The notes under the pieces are model-generated. The model saw only the letters and a list, made by a program, of their open reading frames with translations, did not search any database and was not told where the DNA came from. The translations under genes were made by a program, and so were the position numbers. This document shows positions 40,297 to 49,818 of a stretch of DNA of 64,000 nt, piece by piece. The stretch is from a virus (Duplodnaviria; Caudoviricetes). The stretch is taken from IMG/VR virus record IMGVR_UViG_3300037067_025869, positions 1 to 64,000 of that record; one strand, given 5' to 3'. Each line of letters opens with the position of its first letter. Within the stretch, counting starts at the first letter, position 1.

Positions 40297-41510
40297 TCTT
40301 TGTCTCTTCCAAAGCGGAAGAAGCTGATTATTTTAAGTAGAGGAAGATAACTTCCAGTAAGTTTAAATAATTTTCCTTCATAATTGAAAACAACCCCCTC
40401 TATTGGTGCTATCGAGTCGAATCCCCCCGCTCTAAGAAATCTTTCATATTGAGCTTTTAGAAACTTGGATTTTTCTCCACGGTATTCACTCATCTTATTT
40501 ATCGCATCATCAGTTTTATCTATTATGGATTTTTGGGCTTTTGAAGGGTCGGAAGAAGCTATATTCTCCGAATTTAATAGTACTTTTGATCCAACTCTAG
40601 AAAATATTTCAATTATTTGTTCCAAAAATACTGTTCGGATACTATCTATATTTTTATCTGTTTCTTTTACCCATTTAACGGTTTGCTGATTTTTTCCAGC
40701 TAAAAGTTTAGTAATAGATGTTGATTTATCCAGATATGCCCATCTTCGAATAAGACTTTTTATTAGGTTAAAATCCCTTTCCCTAATTTTTGAAAATTCG
40801 AAATCGATAAAATCCCAGAATTCAATTGCTAAAAAATCTTCAATAGTATTTCTTTCTGCCAGATTAAAATTTTCCATCAGGGAATCCAGATCTTTTAAAA
40901 ATTCTGTAGGATCCATAAATTTAAGTGAAACCTTATTAGTCTTATCGATTTCAAAAGTTTTTGAAATTCCCTCTTGAGCAACTTTTATTAGTTTCAATAA
41001 TGGGTCAAAATTAATATCTATAACCCCATTTTCAGTTTGCACATTATGAATTCGGAGTTGATTTTTATTATATGGAATAATATTTTCCATTAAAGGTGTC
41101 AACAATTCCATATTCAGCCAATATTTTCCATTTAGAAAGAAATTTTGAAGAATTTCTTCATCTATAGTAAATAAAACGTTTTGTAAATCCTTTGCGGCGG
41201 TTGAATAAGCTTCTCGGGATTCTAGAGTTTTCATATATTCTCCCACCAGATCCCAGCGCATCGCTTCAGCACCGTTATCCCGGACTTGTTTTAGGGAACG
41301 AGCAATATAGACATGACCGCTCTTATAAGTTGCTAGAATATTTACCCCATCCAATTTTTCTTTTGCATTCTCTAAAGTACCTAAACACGATTTAATGATA
41401 ATCTCTCTAATCTGTCCAAATGTTAAATCCATATTCTCCCATGGAGATTGGATATGTCCTGCTGCACCGCTCATATATTTTTTCCGATTAATTTTTCCAT
41501 TATTTTTCAA
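40293..41510 (-). CDS. RNA-ligase-like nucleotidyltransferase
   Basis: GAAGHI, EKLDG motif I, LNMEL, IEGVV motif IV, FKLTG motif V. Confidence 0.7.
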   Translation of the reverse strand: MKNNGKINRKKYMSGAAGHIQSPWENMDLTFGQIREIIIKSCLGTLENAKEKLDGVNILATYKSGHVYIARSLKQVRDNGAEAMRWDLVGEYMKTLESREAYSTAAKDLQNVLFTIDEEILQNFFLNGKYWLNMELLTPLMENIIPYNKNQLRIHNVQTENGVIDINFDPLLKLIKVAQEGISKTFEIDKTNKVSLKFMDPTEFLKDLDSLMENFNLAERNTIEDFLAIEFWDFIDFEFSKIRERDFNLIKSLIRRWAYLDKSTSITKLLAGKNQQTVKWVKETDKNIDSIRTVFLEQIIEIFSRVGSKVLLNSENIASSDPSKAQKSIIDKTDDAINKMSEYRGEKSKFLKAQYERFLRAGGFDSIAPIEGVVFNYEGKLFKLTGSYLPLLKIISFFRFGRDKE

Positions 41511-41555
41511 TGATATATTGACAAATTTGGATTGTCGCCGCCATTATGGTTCCTG

Positions 41556-41876
41556 CTAAATAAGCCGCAGCGATCTAAACCAATTTAAAATCCTATTTTT
41601 TTTAGTCTGAGGATAAAACCAGCTTCCTGTAATTAAAAACACAATTGGCAATCCGATGAGCATTAGCAACATTAAAATAATTGCAAAGGGTAGTGTAAAT
41701 CTCAGCCATGTTTTTACAGGGGTTTCATTTTCGGTATAAAAATCAATACCTAATAAAATCCATCTATCACACATTTCTTCGCTTGAAACTTTCTTAAGCT
41801 CTGGAAATGTTTCTTTGAATTTTGGTATGTAGTTCATATCATTATGAGACCATACTCGTTTTAATTTCCTGTACAT
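41556..41876 (-). CDS. Membrane protein
   Basis: Hydrophobic helix FAIILMLLMLIGLPIVFLITG. Confidence 0.7.
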   Translation of the reverse strand: MYRKLKRVWSHNDMNYIPKFKETFPELKKVSSEEMCDRWILLGIDFYTENETPVKTWLRFTLPFAIILMLLMLIGLPIVFLITGSWFYPQTKKNRILNWFRSLRLI

Positions 41877-41926
41877 TTTTATCTAATTTTAGGTTAACAA
41901 TTTAATTAAAAAACACGAAACCAAAG

Positions 41927-42766
41927 TTATTTTTTACGTGTCCAAGTTTTCTTTGTCTCATTCCATTCCCAATCTTTGAGAGGTTCTTCATCCTCGTCTT
42001 CATCTTCTTCCTCCGTAATAGGAAATTGGGATTTATAATTATATCCTGCTTGATAGCGATCATATCCTAATGGGGAACTTTCTGATGGGGTTCCAGATGT
42101 ATGTAAAGCTTCGGTAACTTGATCCGCAGCAACGTCAGATTCTGGTAAACTAATATTTTGTTCCAGAGTATCCCAAACGAATGAAACTTGTTCTTCTGTT
42201 GAGTCAGGGTATCCTGTCATAAAATTTTCTAAATCGCCATTAATTAAATCTTGTCTTAGAACACTTGCAGAGATAGGTTCGCCTTCATGTTCATCTGTTC
42301 TACCTTTGAATCTTAAAGGCTCAATATTGACAGGCAATTCAACTATATTGATTCCCCTTCTATAAAATTTGCCTTCTAAAGAATGTTTCCAAGCAAAATC
42401 TGAAATTCTTTTAGCATTTTCTTCTTCCTTGCTGGAAGCTGCTAAAGTATATTGACCCGGATCTGCTTCTTGAACAATCTTATAAGCTGCTAATATTGGA
42501 GAAGCCCAAGGAACTGCTTCGATTGTTGCTTTTTTAATATTTTCAGTTAGTTTTTCAATCATTTTTACAGCTATATTTTGGGTGATTCCCCCTCGAACAC
42601 CTGGCCCAACAAGAATTCTGATTTCTTCAACTTCAGGAAGTTCGGCATATTTTTTAATAAGGTCAATATGCCCGCCGCTACACGGTTTAAAACTCCCCGG
42701 AAATAAAACTATTACGTTTTTAACTTCTGATTTTTTATTCATAAATTTGAATTTTTTATATCGCAT
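41927..42766 (-). CDS. HIGH-type (cytidylyltransferase/NMNAT-like) nucleotidyltransferase
   Basis: LFPGSFKPCSGGH, ISASVLR; acidic tail. Confidence 0.75.
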   Translation of the reverse strand: MRYKKFKFMNKKSEVKNVIVLFPGSFKPCSGGHIDLIKKYAELPEVEEIRILVGPGVRGGITQNIAVKMIEKLTENIKKATIEAVPWASPILAAYKIVQEADPGQYTLAASSKEEENAKRISDFAWKHSLEGKFYRRGINIVELPVNIEPLRFKGRTDEHEGEPISASVLRQDLINGDLENFMTGYPDSTEEQVSFVWDTLEQNISLPESDVAADQVTEALHTSGTPSESSPLGYDRYQAGYNYKSQFPITEEEDEDEDEEPLKDWEWNETKKTWTRKK

Positions 42767-43635
42767 TTTTTTAAAACTTCATTTGGTAGGGGAAGATTTT
42801 GCTCCTCTATGCACTCGATAAATCTATTAATGATATCTGCTCGTTTATTTATCCATTTAAAATTAGGGGACATAACTATATGCCATAGCTTTTCAAATGT
42901 ATCAATATCTGATGGAATAAACTGGCTTCCCACAGTCAGATCTAAAATTTCCATAGGTTGATCTGTAACAAAATATTCGGATCCATTGACATTCGTTCCA
43001 CCCTTAACCAATTTTCCTTTCTTCCCCATAAAATTTTTGCGAACCCTCCAAACCCCCCACGGAAATTTAAGTATGTTTACTTCGATTTCTTCTATTCCCC
43101 CTATATCAGTAAACTTAATTATTTCTTTTTTTGATTCTGTAATAATAGCCATTAAAAGAATATTTCGATAAAATCCTTTGTATTCAGATTCCCCTTTGCG
43201 AAAATCCGGAGAATGATAAATGAATTCTGACCACTCGAGATTGTGTGTTATCATAAAATCCACTTGAACAATCCCCATTTCATGATTCCCTGCAATAGGA
43301 CAGCCGAAGGAAACAATTCTAAATCCATAATTAATAGCTGAATCAAATCCCAGTGTTTCTAATTGATGCTGCAGCATATTTAATTCAGTATTTTTAGGAA
43401 AAGAATTGGGGTCTGGTTTAAGAAGAACGGCAATATCAATATCCCCATAAATTTCCCCGTCTTTTTTCTTTCCATAAGAACCCAATAATTCAATATCCTG
43501 TTCTCTGATTAGTAAATGCCGAAGAACATTTTCTTTTAGCCATTTAACTGTTTCTTGAGCTTCGTCAAAAGTAACCGGACGAGAAGTTTTAATTGCATTC
43601 CCTCCCATGATAATATTTTTTACAAATATACACAA
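42739..43635 (-). CDS. Pol-beta-superfamily nucleotidyltransferase
   Basis: LLGSYGKK...GDIDIAV, third Asp in VQVDFM; likely start MGGNA at 43608. Confidence 0.75.
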   Translation of the reverse strand: MCIFVKNIIMGGNAIKTSRPVTFDEAQETVKWLKENVLRHLLIREQDIELLGSYGKKKDGEIYGDIDIAVLLKPDPNSFPKNTELNMLQHQLETLGFDSAINYGFRIVSFGCPIAGNHEMGIVQVDFMITHNLEWSEFIYHSPDFRKGESEYKGFYRNILLMAIITESKKEIIKFTDIGGIEEIEVNILKFPWGVWRVRKNFMGKKGKLVKGGTNVNGSEYFVTDQPMEILDLTVGSQFIPSDIDTFEKLWHIVMSPNFKWINKRADIINRFIECIEEQNLPLPNEVLKKCDIKNSNL

Positions 43636-43655
43636 AAATGGGATAAGTTTTATTC

Positions 43656-43937
43656 TTATCCCGTTATGATTTCGTTAAACCCCCATTCTTGAAAGCTTTC
43701 GAATGCTTGTTTTTGGGTGGGTTGTAAATCCCTTTGGAGAATACTGATTAATTTCATGGAAGGCTTTCGAACTAATTCCCCTTGCGTCTGATATATCTTA
43801 GGATCTACTTTACCTAAATATTTCCAACGCATAAGTTGATTAGGAGTAATGTGAACTTGATAAAGATCCTCTCCTTTTAAAACAGTATGGGAATAAATGT
43901 AATTTCCCCTATTTTTGTATATTTGGAGGTAAGGCAT
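43656..43937 (-). CDS. Hypothetical protein
   Basis: 93-aa ORF overlapping the upstream gene. Confidence 0.6.
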   Translation of the reverse strand: MPYLQIYKNRGNYIYSHTVLKGEDLYQVHITPNQLMRWKYLGKVDPKIYQTQGELVRKPSMKLISILQRDLQPTQKQAFESFQEWGFNEIITG

Positions 43938-44538
43938 CTTCTTTTGGAGCTTCTTTTTTAACTAGATTAACTACCTTTCGAGAGGTTTTGTCTGGATCTT
44001 TATCTTTATTGGGATGCCAGGAATAAACCCCTTTCGTAAATGTAATCTGGAAAGGCTCCCGAAGCTCCCTTTTATATTTTCCCCCCTTACCTGATAAAAC
44101 ATAGGCAAGAGTGAGATGAGGATGAAATTCAGGGAAAGTCTGGGTATTTGGAATTTGCATAAAAAGATCCCGATATTTTTGTAATTGACCGGTTAGAGGA
44201 ACATTATATTTTACAACATCATATTCTTTTCCGGGAAAAACATCAACTTCCTTGATTGTAACGGTTACCGGTTTCATATAGTATTCAATTAGATCGGCCA
44301 TCCTCTGAGGATCAACTTCTTTTTCGTGGATGCCATAAAGAATTGTTACGTGGGGTTGTTCTTCCAACCCATAGGAATCATCATAAGGTTTTAAATAAAT
44401 ATCTTCCCTTTCAATTCCTGCTGTATGAAATTCTGTCCAATTTTTTATATCGGCATCCATCATAACACAGCCAAATTTTTCATCATTAGCTGAAGTGTCG
44501 GATTCATTTAACCATTGCAAAAAACTTTGAAATTTCAT
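43909..44538 (-). CDS. 2H phosphoesterase, Acb1/gp57B-like
   Basis: Two HxT motifs: PHVTILYG and PHLTLAY; leader MKFQSFLQWLNE. Confidence 0.8.
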   Translation of the reverse strand: MKFQSFLQWLNESDTSANDEKFGCVMMDADIKNWTEFHTAGIEREDIYLKPYDDSYGLEEQPHVTILYGIHEKEVDPQRMADLIEYYMKPVTVTIKEVDVFPGKEYDVVKYNVPLTGQLQKYRDLFMQIPNTQTFPEFHPHLTLAYVLSGKGGKYKRELREPFQITFTKGVYSWHPNKDKDPDKTSRKVVNLVKKEAPKEDALPPNIQK

Positions 44539-44567
44539 CTTTTAAATATTTTTAATTTTATTTTAAA

Positions 44568-45347
44568 TTATATGGTTTTTAACATCCCGATTAAAGATGG
44601 ATCCGGGTGGCAATCAGATTTATCCTTACGATATGATACATGAGTCCATACTCCAGGCATACCAGATAGAGCATCCTGGGAAAGATCCCACATTTTCTCA
44701 TGATACATGAGAGTAATATTATATTTCTGTTTCCAAAATAATAAAAGTTCCCCTATAGTTTGTATCTGTTCATTTGTATATTTTTCATAGTAGTTATATC
44801 CGCGAAATCCGCTTGGATAATATTGCATTGCAACATCAACGGCATTACCATAGTAGGTATAAAATTTTCCTACTTCAGTATGAATATTTTTAGAGGGATT
44901 TCCAAATTTTTTAATGGTTCCATCACCAGGAATTAATCCCCCCCAGTTATCAATCTCAATACCAATTGATTGAGAATCTCTAAGTTTGTTTCCTATTCCT
45001 AAATGCCAAGCCCAGTATTTTGAAGAGAATAACTGATGCGGAATTCCATTTCGATCGATAATCATAGCGGTTCCTACAACTGTTGGATCGTCTTCCCAAG
45101 TTGCAATATCTCCGGTAACACCATTGCCACTTATTGTATGATGCAAGCAAATTTGTTTTTTCAGACACTCCTCATGAAAATATTGATCTTCTGGAAAATC
45201 AATAACTTTGATTTTGTGAAGTTCAATGGGTTTTAAATCTGACCGCATATTAGAAATTATTTTAGTTGCAGAAGCATCTTCTTCTGGCGTATGCTCATAA
45301 AACTTCCAATCTTTGATCCAAGACCAATAAAAAGGAAATGATAGCAT
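44568..45347 (-). CDS. N-acetylmuramoyl-L-alanine amidase (Amidase_2), putative endolysin
   Basis: ICLHHT, AWHLG, SIGIEIDN, YTNEQI, THVSYRKDKSDCHP. Confidence 0.85.
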   Translation of the reverse strand: MLSFPFYWSWIKDWKFYEHTPEEDASATKIISNMRSDLKPIELHKIKVIDFPEDQYFHEECLKKQICLHHTISGNGVTGDIATWEDDPTVVGTAMIIDRNGIPHQLFSSKYWAWHLGIGNKLRDSQSIGIEIDNWGGLIPGDGTIKKFGNPSKNIHTEVGKFYTYYGNAVDVAMQYYPSGFRGYNYYEKYTNEQIQTIGELLLFWKQKYNITLMYHEKMWDLSQDALSGMPGVWTHVSYRKDKSDCHPDPSLIGMLKTI

Positions 45348-45357
45348 AAGTTTTATT

Positions 45358-45852
45358 TTATTTATCCATCATTTCATTTCTTATTAATCTATTGCACTTA
45401 CTTTTCCAATTAGCCCCAATTGAATTAATTGCTTTAGTTTTAGTATATTTGAGTATACATCTATTCTCAATCCAATCATTATCAAGATGCCATAAAAAAT
45501 CATTCCAGAATTTAAAAAATGGCCATTTATCATCCATATCTGTAAAGTGAATCCTTTCTTTGGGAATTCTTAGTCGTTCAGCTATTTCAAAAAGATCTTT
45601 ATTTGTTAAGCCAACAGCAGCTGTATTTTGGAAAAAAGATTTATATCTTTCATCATCTCCAAATCGAGAGGTTACAATCCACACTTCAATTCCCTCATCA
45701 ACAAGTTCTTGAGCATATTTTTGAACTGATTCCCTCGATAGGGTTTCATCGAAACCAAAGCTTACACGGATTGTTTTTTCCTTTTCCATGTTTTTAGAAA
45801 AAATTAAGAAGCTTAGGCCTGTTTTTAATATGTCTAAGCTCCTTAGATCCAA
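45358..45852 (-). CDS. HAD-like protein with nucleophile Asp replaced by Gly
   Basis: VSFGFDETL, VWIVTSR, WHLDND; likely start MEKEK. Confidence 0.7.
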   Translation of the reverse strand: MDLRSLDILKTGLSFLIFSKNMEKEKTIRVSFGFDETLSRESVQKYAQELVDEGIEVWIVTSRFGDDERYKSFFQNTAAVGLTNKDLFEIAERLRIPKERIHFTDMDDKWPFFKFWNDFLWHLDNDWIENRCILKYTKTKAINSIGANWKSKCNRLIRNEMMDK

Positions 45853-45857
45853 AAAAA

Positions 45858-46184
45858 TTAATAGGGTTTAATATGGGGGAGAAGTTTTTCCCCTCTAGGA
45901 GTAACTGCCCAACCAGATTCTGTTTTTTCTACTATTCCGACTTTTGAAAATAAAGCTAAAGATATTGCTGCTACTTCTTTAGCATCGTGAATAGCATTTT
46001 TTATTTCTGATTCTGTTAAAACAGGAGTTCCCCCTGTTTCGAGTTTCTTTACTACACGAGCCTTCATAGACGCATAAATTGATTCTCTTTTCATAAAAGG
46101 AACGGTTATTTCCTTATCATATTCCCCCTTATCAATTTTATCCTTCATTTTATTTAGAAAGACATGTGATGATTCTGCATTCAT
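45858..46184 (-). CDS. Hypothetical protein, possible winged helix
   Basis: C-terminal KVGIVEK...WAVTPRGEK. Confidence 0.65.
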   Translation of the reverse strand: MNAESSHVFLNKMKDKIDKGEYDKEITVPFMKRESIYASMKARVVKKLETGGTPVLTESEIKNAIHDAKEVAAISLALFSKVGIVEKTESGWAVTPRGEKLLPHIKPY

Positions 46185-46420
46185 AATTTATCAGGTTTTT
46201 CGTATTTATTTCTTATTATACCCGAAAAAGCTACGATAATTTTCTATTAACGAAGATTTAACACTAAAATTATAGCTCAAAAAAGAATTTAACTAATTTT
46301 TAACGAAAAAATAAAAACTATCATTAGAGAAGTCATACAATAAGTGTCCAAGAGAAAAAGAAAGAATTTACTCTAATAGAAAGAAAAGAAAAAAGAAAGA
46401 TAAATAAATAAAAATATATT

Positions 46421-46795
46421 ATGAATCTAATCCCCGAATCTTTAGAAGAATCTCTAAATTTTGAAAGAGGGCAAGATCCCAAGAAAAGTATAAGGATCGG
46501 TTTAAAATATCCAAGAAGATTTGAGACTATTGACGAATTTGTTGATTATATCATATCTGCTATGCCCTTAATTTTTAATGGTGAAATCCCTGATGATATT
46601 TTAAACTCCGAAGAACATTTATGGCTTCCCATAGCATATTTCCAAAAAATAGCTACTTGGTTGAAGAAAGAAAAATTTGAAATGCCCAATGGAAATACTA
46701 ATTGGGACTATACATTTGGCATGTCCGATGAATTCGCGCATTGGCCTAAATCAATTGCTTTAAGATTAGAACAAATGCTTGATCAGAAGAGGTGA
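46421..46795 (+). CDS. Hypothetical protein with ESLEES + FxRGxDP leader
   Basis: MNLIPESLEESLNFERGQDPKKSIRIG. Confidence 0.75.
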   Translation: MNLIPESLEESLNFERGQDPKKSIRIGLKYPRRFETIDEFVDYIISAMPLIFNGEIPDDILNSEEHLWLPIAYFQKIATWLKKEKFEMPNGNTNWDYTFGMSDEFAHWPKSIALRLEQMLDQKR

Positions 46796-46820
46796 AATGA
46801 TAGAATTAATTGTTTAAATA

Positions 46821-47441
46821 TTAATTTTTAGCTAAATAAGTTTCAACTGCCCAGTAACTATCAACTAAATCATCAAGGTGCTCTATCCAAGTCCCTGTTT
46901 TCTTTTGAAATAAAGAAGAGTTTGAAGATATAGTCTTTGCTAAATCGCAAGATGAGGATTGGACAAAAGCATCAATCATATCTTTTTTATTTTTGCCTTT
47001 TTGAGAGCATCCGGCAGTTTTTTTTATTGTAATCGGAGAATAAGTAGTCATATTTTCAAAAGGAACACATTTATCAAATAAATCCCTCATTATCATATAC
47101 TTATATGATCCTAGCTGAATTCCCATATTCCCAGATGAATTAAAAGAAAGACCTTCAAAAACTATTTGCCATTTGCTTATATCCCCATCGGGTAGGCTAG
47201 TAATAATTAAATTTGAAAGATACATGGAGTTGGATACTTCCCATCGCATTTTTTCAGAAGAATCTTTTCCTTTATATTTTTTATCATCTCTATCTATAAG
47301 ATTAACGCCCGCGTCGCGATAAATTTTTTTAAGTTTTTCACTTAAATCAAAAGGCCAAGAATAAAAGATATATTTATTATTTTGGTAAAAACATGCAGCG
47401 GGTTTATTAATTGAAAAGTCAAACCCAAATATTGGATTCAT
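46821..47441 (-). CDS. RuvC-like Holliday junction resolvase
   Basis: FGFDFSINKPA, IVFEG, YSPITIKK, DDLVDSYW. Confidence 0.7.
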   Translation of the reverse strand: MNPIFGFDFSINKPAACFYQNNKYIFYSWPFDLSEKLKKIYRDAGVNLIDRDDKKYKGKDSSEKMRWEVSNSMYLSNLIITSLPDGDISKWQIVFEGLSFNSSGNMGIQLGSYKYMIMRDLFDKCVPFENMTTYSPITIKKTAGCSQKGKNKKDMIDAFVQSSSCDLAKTISSNSSLFQKKTGTWIEHLDDLVDSYWAVETYLAKN

Positions 47442-47484
47442 TAATTTAGTTTTAAATGATTATTAATATGGTGGTTTTTATAAA

Positions 47485-47868
47485 TTATCTAAGAGCTGTA
47501 TAAGTTATAGCAGATAGGACTAATTTGCTGGTTAGCAATTTACCGAGGGTTCCATTTTCATCTATTCCCAATGCTTTACACAATGCTTTCATAATACTGG
47601 GTCCTACTAAAGCCGAAGCTCCCGCACCAGCTATAGCTCCTAGAAACCCCTCATCCATATCTTCTCCTTTATTAAGTTTTTCCAAAATTTGATAATAAGT
47701 TTTTTCAGCTTCTTGTATTTGATCCGGGGTCATATCCTTTATCTCCTCGGATTCAAAAATCTTTGATGATTGCGAATATTTAATATCGTAGTAAGTAGGA
47801 AAATCAAATTTTTTTGATTCTTCTAAACGGATTCTGGATTTAATTTCTTTTTCCATAAGAAAGCTCAT
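47485..47868 (-). CDS. Hypothetical protein with Gly/Ala-rich C-terminal helices
   Basis: DEGFLGAIAGAGASALVGP...KALGI...LLTSKL. Confidence 0.7.
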   Translation of the reverse strand: MSFLMEKEIKSRIRLEESKKFDFPTYYDIKYSQSSKIFESEEIKDMTPDQIQEAEKTYYQILEKLNKGEDMDEGFLGAIAGAGASALVGPSIMKALCKALGIDENGTLGKLLTSKLVLSAITYTALR

Positions 47869-47879
47869 TTATTTATATA

Positions 47880-48440
47880 TTAAAGTCCTTCTGGGGTGTC
47901 TGTTCTTCTTTTAATTGTATATCTATTATATTTTATATTCATTGAAAAAGTATTAAATTCTGCTGCAGTTGTAGCATATGAAATTTCAAATTGGGATAAA
48001 CTCGTAGGAATAAGTTTTGTAAAGGTAAATTCCACTAATTCAAATCCATGATGATCTAAAAAGGAAACAAACATAGGGGGCCAAAAAGGAACTCTATCTG
48101 AGTATTCCACAAATTTTTCAATTTGCTCAAAGAGAATCCAATAAGAAATAAATCCCTCTGATAATTTAAAAGTAATACTTAAATTTTTATCTAAGACTGC
48201 TTCAAGCTCTTTTCCCCCTCGATAAGCAATTTTATATTGAGATTGCTGCTGCTCTGCTGTTGGAAGATCAACGGCAGGAAATGTGATATTTTGAACCGAA
48301 GCATTAATAAAATCCTCAACACTTTCGTAAGGGAGTTTTAGCCTTTTGATAATAGGAGTCCACCTGGTATGAATTTCTGGATAAAAGAAATTCTTAGGAA
48401 AAACTACGACGAATTGGTTAGACAAACTGTTAATTAGCAT
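47880..48440 (-). CDS. Tail-tube-fold (gp19-like) protein
   Basis: SVQNITFPAV, LSITFKL, FTFTKLIPTSLS, MNIKYNRY pattern. Confidence 0.55.
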   Translation of the reverse strand: MLINSLSNQFVVVFPKNFFYPEIHTRWTPIIKRLKLPYESVEDFINASVQNITFPAVDLPTAEQQQSQYKIAYRGGKELEAVLDKNLSITFKLSEGFISYWILFEQIEKFVEYSDRVPFWPPMFVSFLDHHGFELVEFTFTKLIPTSLSQFEISYATTAAEFNTFSMNIKYNRYTIKRRTDTPEGL

Positions 48441-48469
48441 TTCGAATATAATTTAAATATATATTCATT

Positions 48470-48675
48470 ATGAAAAAAGAAAAATTTATTTGCAAAATTT
48501 ATTCAAAAGAATATCTCTCTTTATCCATCTATCTAGGCATGTTAGTATTCACAATATTTCTATAATAGATCCATTAAAGAAAAAAACTGTATTAAATACA
48601 GAATTTCAATTTATAATGATTATAGATAAAAAATATGATGAATTTGAAAAACTTATTTCCCCCTCTATACTATAA
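48470..48675 (+). pseudogene. Internally deleted homing endonuclease remnant
   Basis: MKKEKFICKIYSKEY (broken C2H2 finger), frameshift to LSRHVSIH, then KKKTVLNTEFQFIMIIDKKYDEF resembling the 2938-3135 remnant tail. Confidence 0.6.
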
Positions 48676-48696
48676 TTTAAAAATAATGTAAAAAAT

Positions 48697-49335
48697 ATGG
48701 CAGAACTTGAAATTAATAATGCAGAGGATCTTAAAAAAGAGCTTAAAAAAGCCGTTGAAAATAATCCAAATAAACCAACTGAGGAGGAGATTAAAGCTGC
48801 AGCAGCTGAATTCGAATCTGCTTCTAAAACTTTCCCTTCTAAATTATGGGAAATAGGCAAGGTTAAAGATGCTAGAACTTTTTGTGACTATCTCAAACAC
48901 TATGTAAGAAATAGATTATTTTGGACTAAAAATGGCTGGATGGGAGTCGTAAAATTAAACGAGGAGCTTCAAGCAGCTGAAAATCTATTAAATGGGAAAG
49001 AACCTCTTAAATTGGGATATCAAGCACTGGAGTTTGTTTATTATTCCTTAATGAATCCCGGAGGGATTGGTCTTCAAACAGCACAGGATTTTGAATCGGA
49101 AAGTGAAAATTATCTTCCTCTTATGGAATCGGTTTCTATCTCTCTAGAAAAAGCTAGAATTGAGCTTAAACAAATTCAATTCTTGCAAGATAAGTATGCA
49201 GCTATGCAGCAAGGTTTTTATCTTGAGCTTGAACCTACAGAAGGAGATCCTGCATCGGAGTTAGAAACACCCCTTAATTTAGACGAACCCATTGCTGTAG
49301 ATCCCGGGGATCTTGCTATTCATCCTGCTGAATAG
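48697..49335 (+). CDS. Hypothetical protein
   Basis: 212-aa ORF followed by a terminator. Confidence 0.8.
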   Translation: MAELEINNAEDLKKELKKAVENNPNKPTEEEIKAAAAEFESASKTFPSKLWEIGKVKDARTFCDYLKHYVRNRLFWTKNGWMGVVKLNEELQAAENLLNGKEPLKLGYQALEFVYYSLMNPGGIGLQTAQDFESESENYLPLMESVSISLEKARIELKQIQFLQDKYAAMQQGFYLELEPTEGDPASELETPLNLDEPIAVDPGDLAIHPAE

Positions 49336-49359
49336 TTACTTTTCCTTTAATAAAACTAT

Positions 49360-49383
49360 AAGGATCCTAAAACTAGGATCCTT
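49360..49383 (+). terminator. Hairpin, probable terminator
   Basis: AAGGATCCTA-AAAC-TAGGATCCTT. Confidence 0.6.
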
Positions 49384-49461
49384 TGTTCTGATATAAAGTA
49401 TAATAAAAAGTTTACATCTACTTTAAAATAAGAATATATAAAAATAAAATGATCAATTATT

Positions 49462-49818
49462 ATGACAACAACTCCAGATCAATTTTTCTCTAAAAACATG
49501 AAATGGATTACTTTAATCCTATTCTTTCTTCTTTTATTCAGTTCGGTAAGAAGCTGTAATAGGAAAATGCAATTAGATATAGGAACAAAACAATATATTG
49601 AACAAATAGATTCTTTAAAAACCCTTATCAATAAAACTAGACAAGAGGGCCAAGACAGCATCAAAAAGCTAAATTTTGAATTAAAATTTACTTCTGAACA
49701 AACAAGAGCTGCAAATGATCGAGCTCAAGCAGTTCAAAATGCTGTTGAAAAGATTAAAACAAATACCACTATTACAGTAAAGGGTGTGGAAGAAATAAAG
49801 GATGCATTTAAAAAATGA
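49462..49818 (+). CDS. Membrane-anchored coiled-coil protein (spanin-like)
   Basis: N-terminal TM, SVRSC, long coiled coil. Confidence 0.55.
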   Translation: MTTTPDQFFSKNMKWITLILFFLLLFSSVRSCNRKMQLDIGTKQYIEQIDSLKTLINKTRQEGQDSIKKLNFELKFTSEQTRAANDRAQAVQNAVEKIKTNTTITVKGVEEIKDAFKK

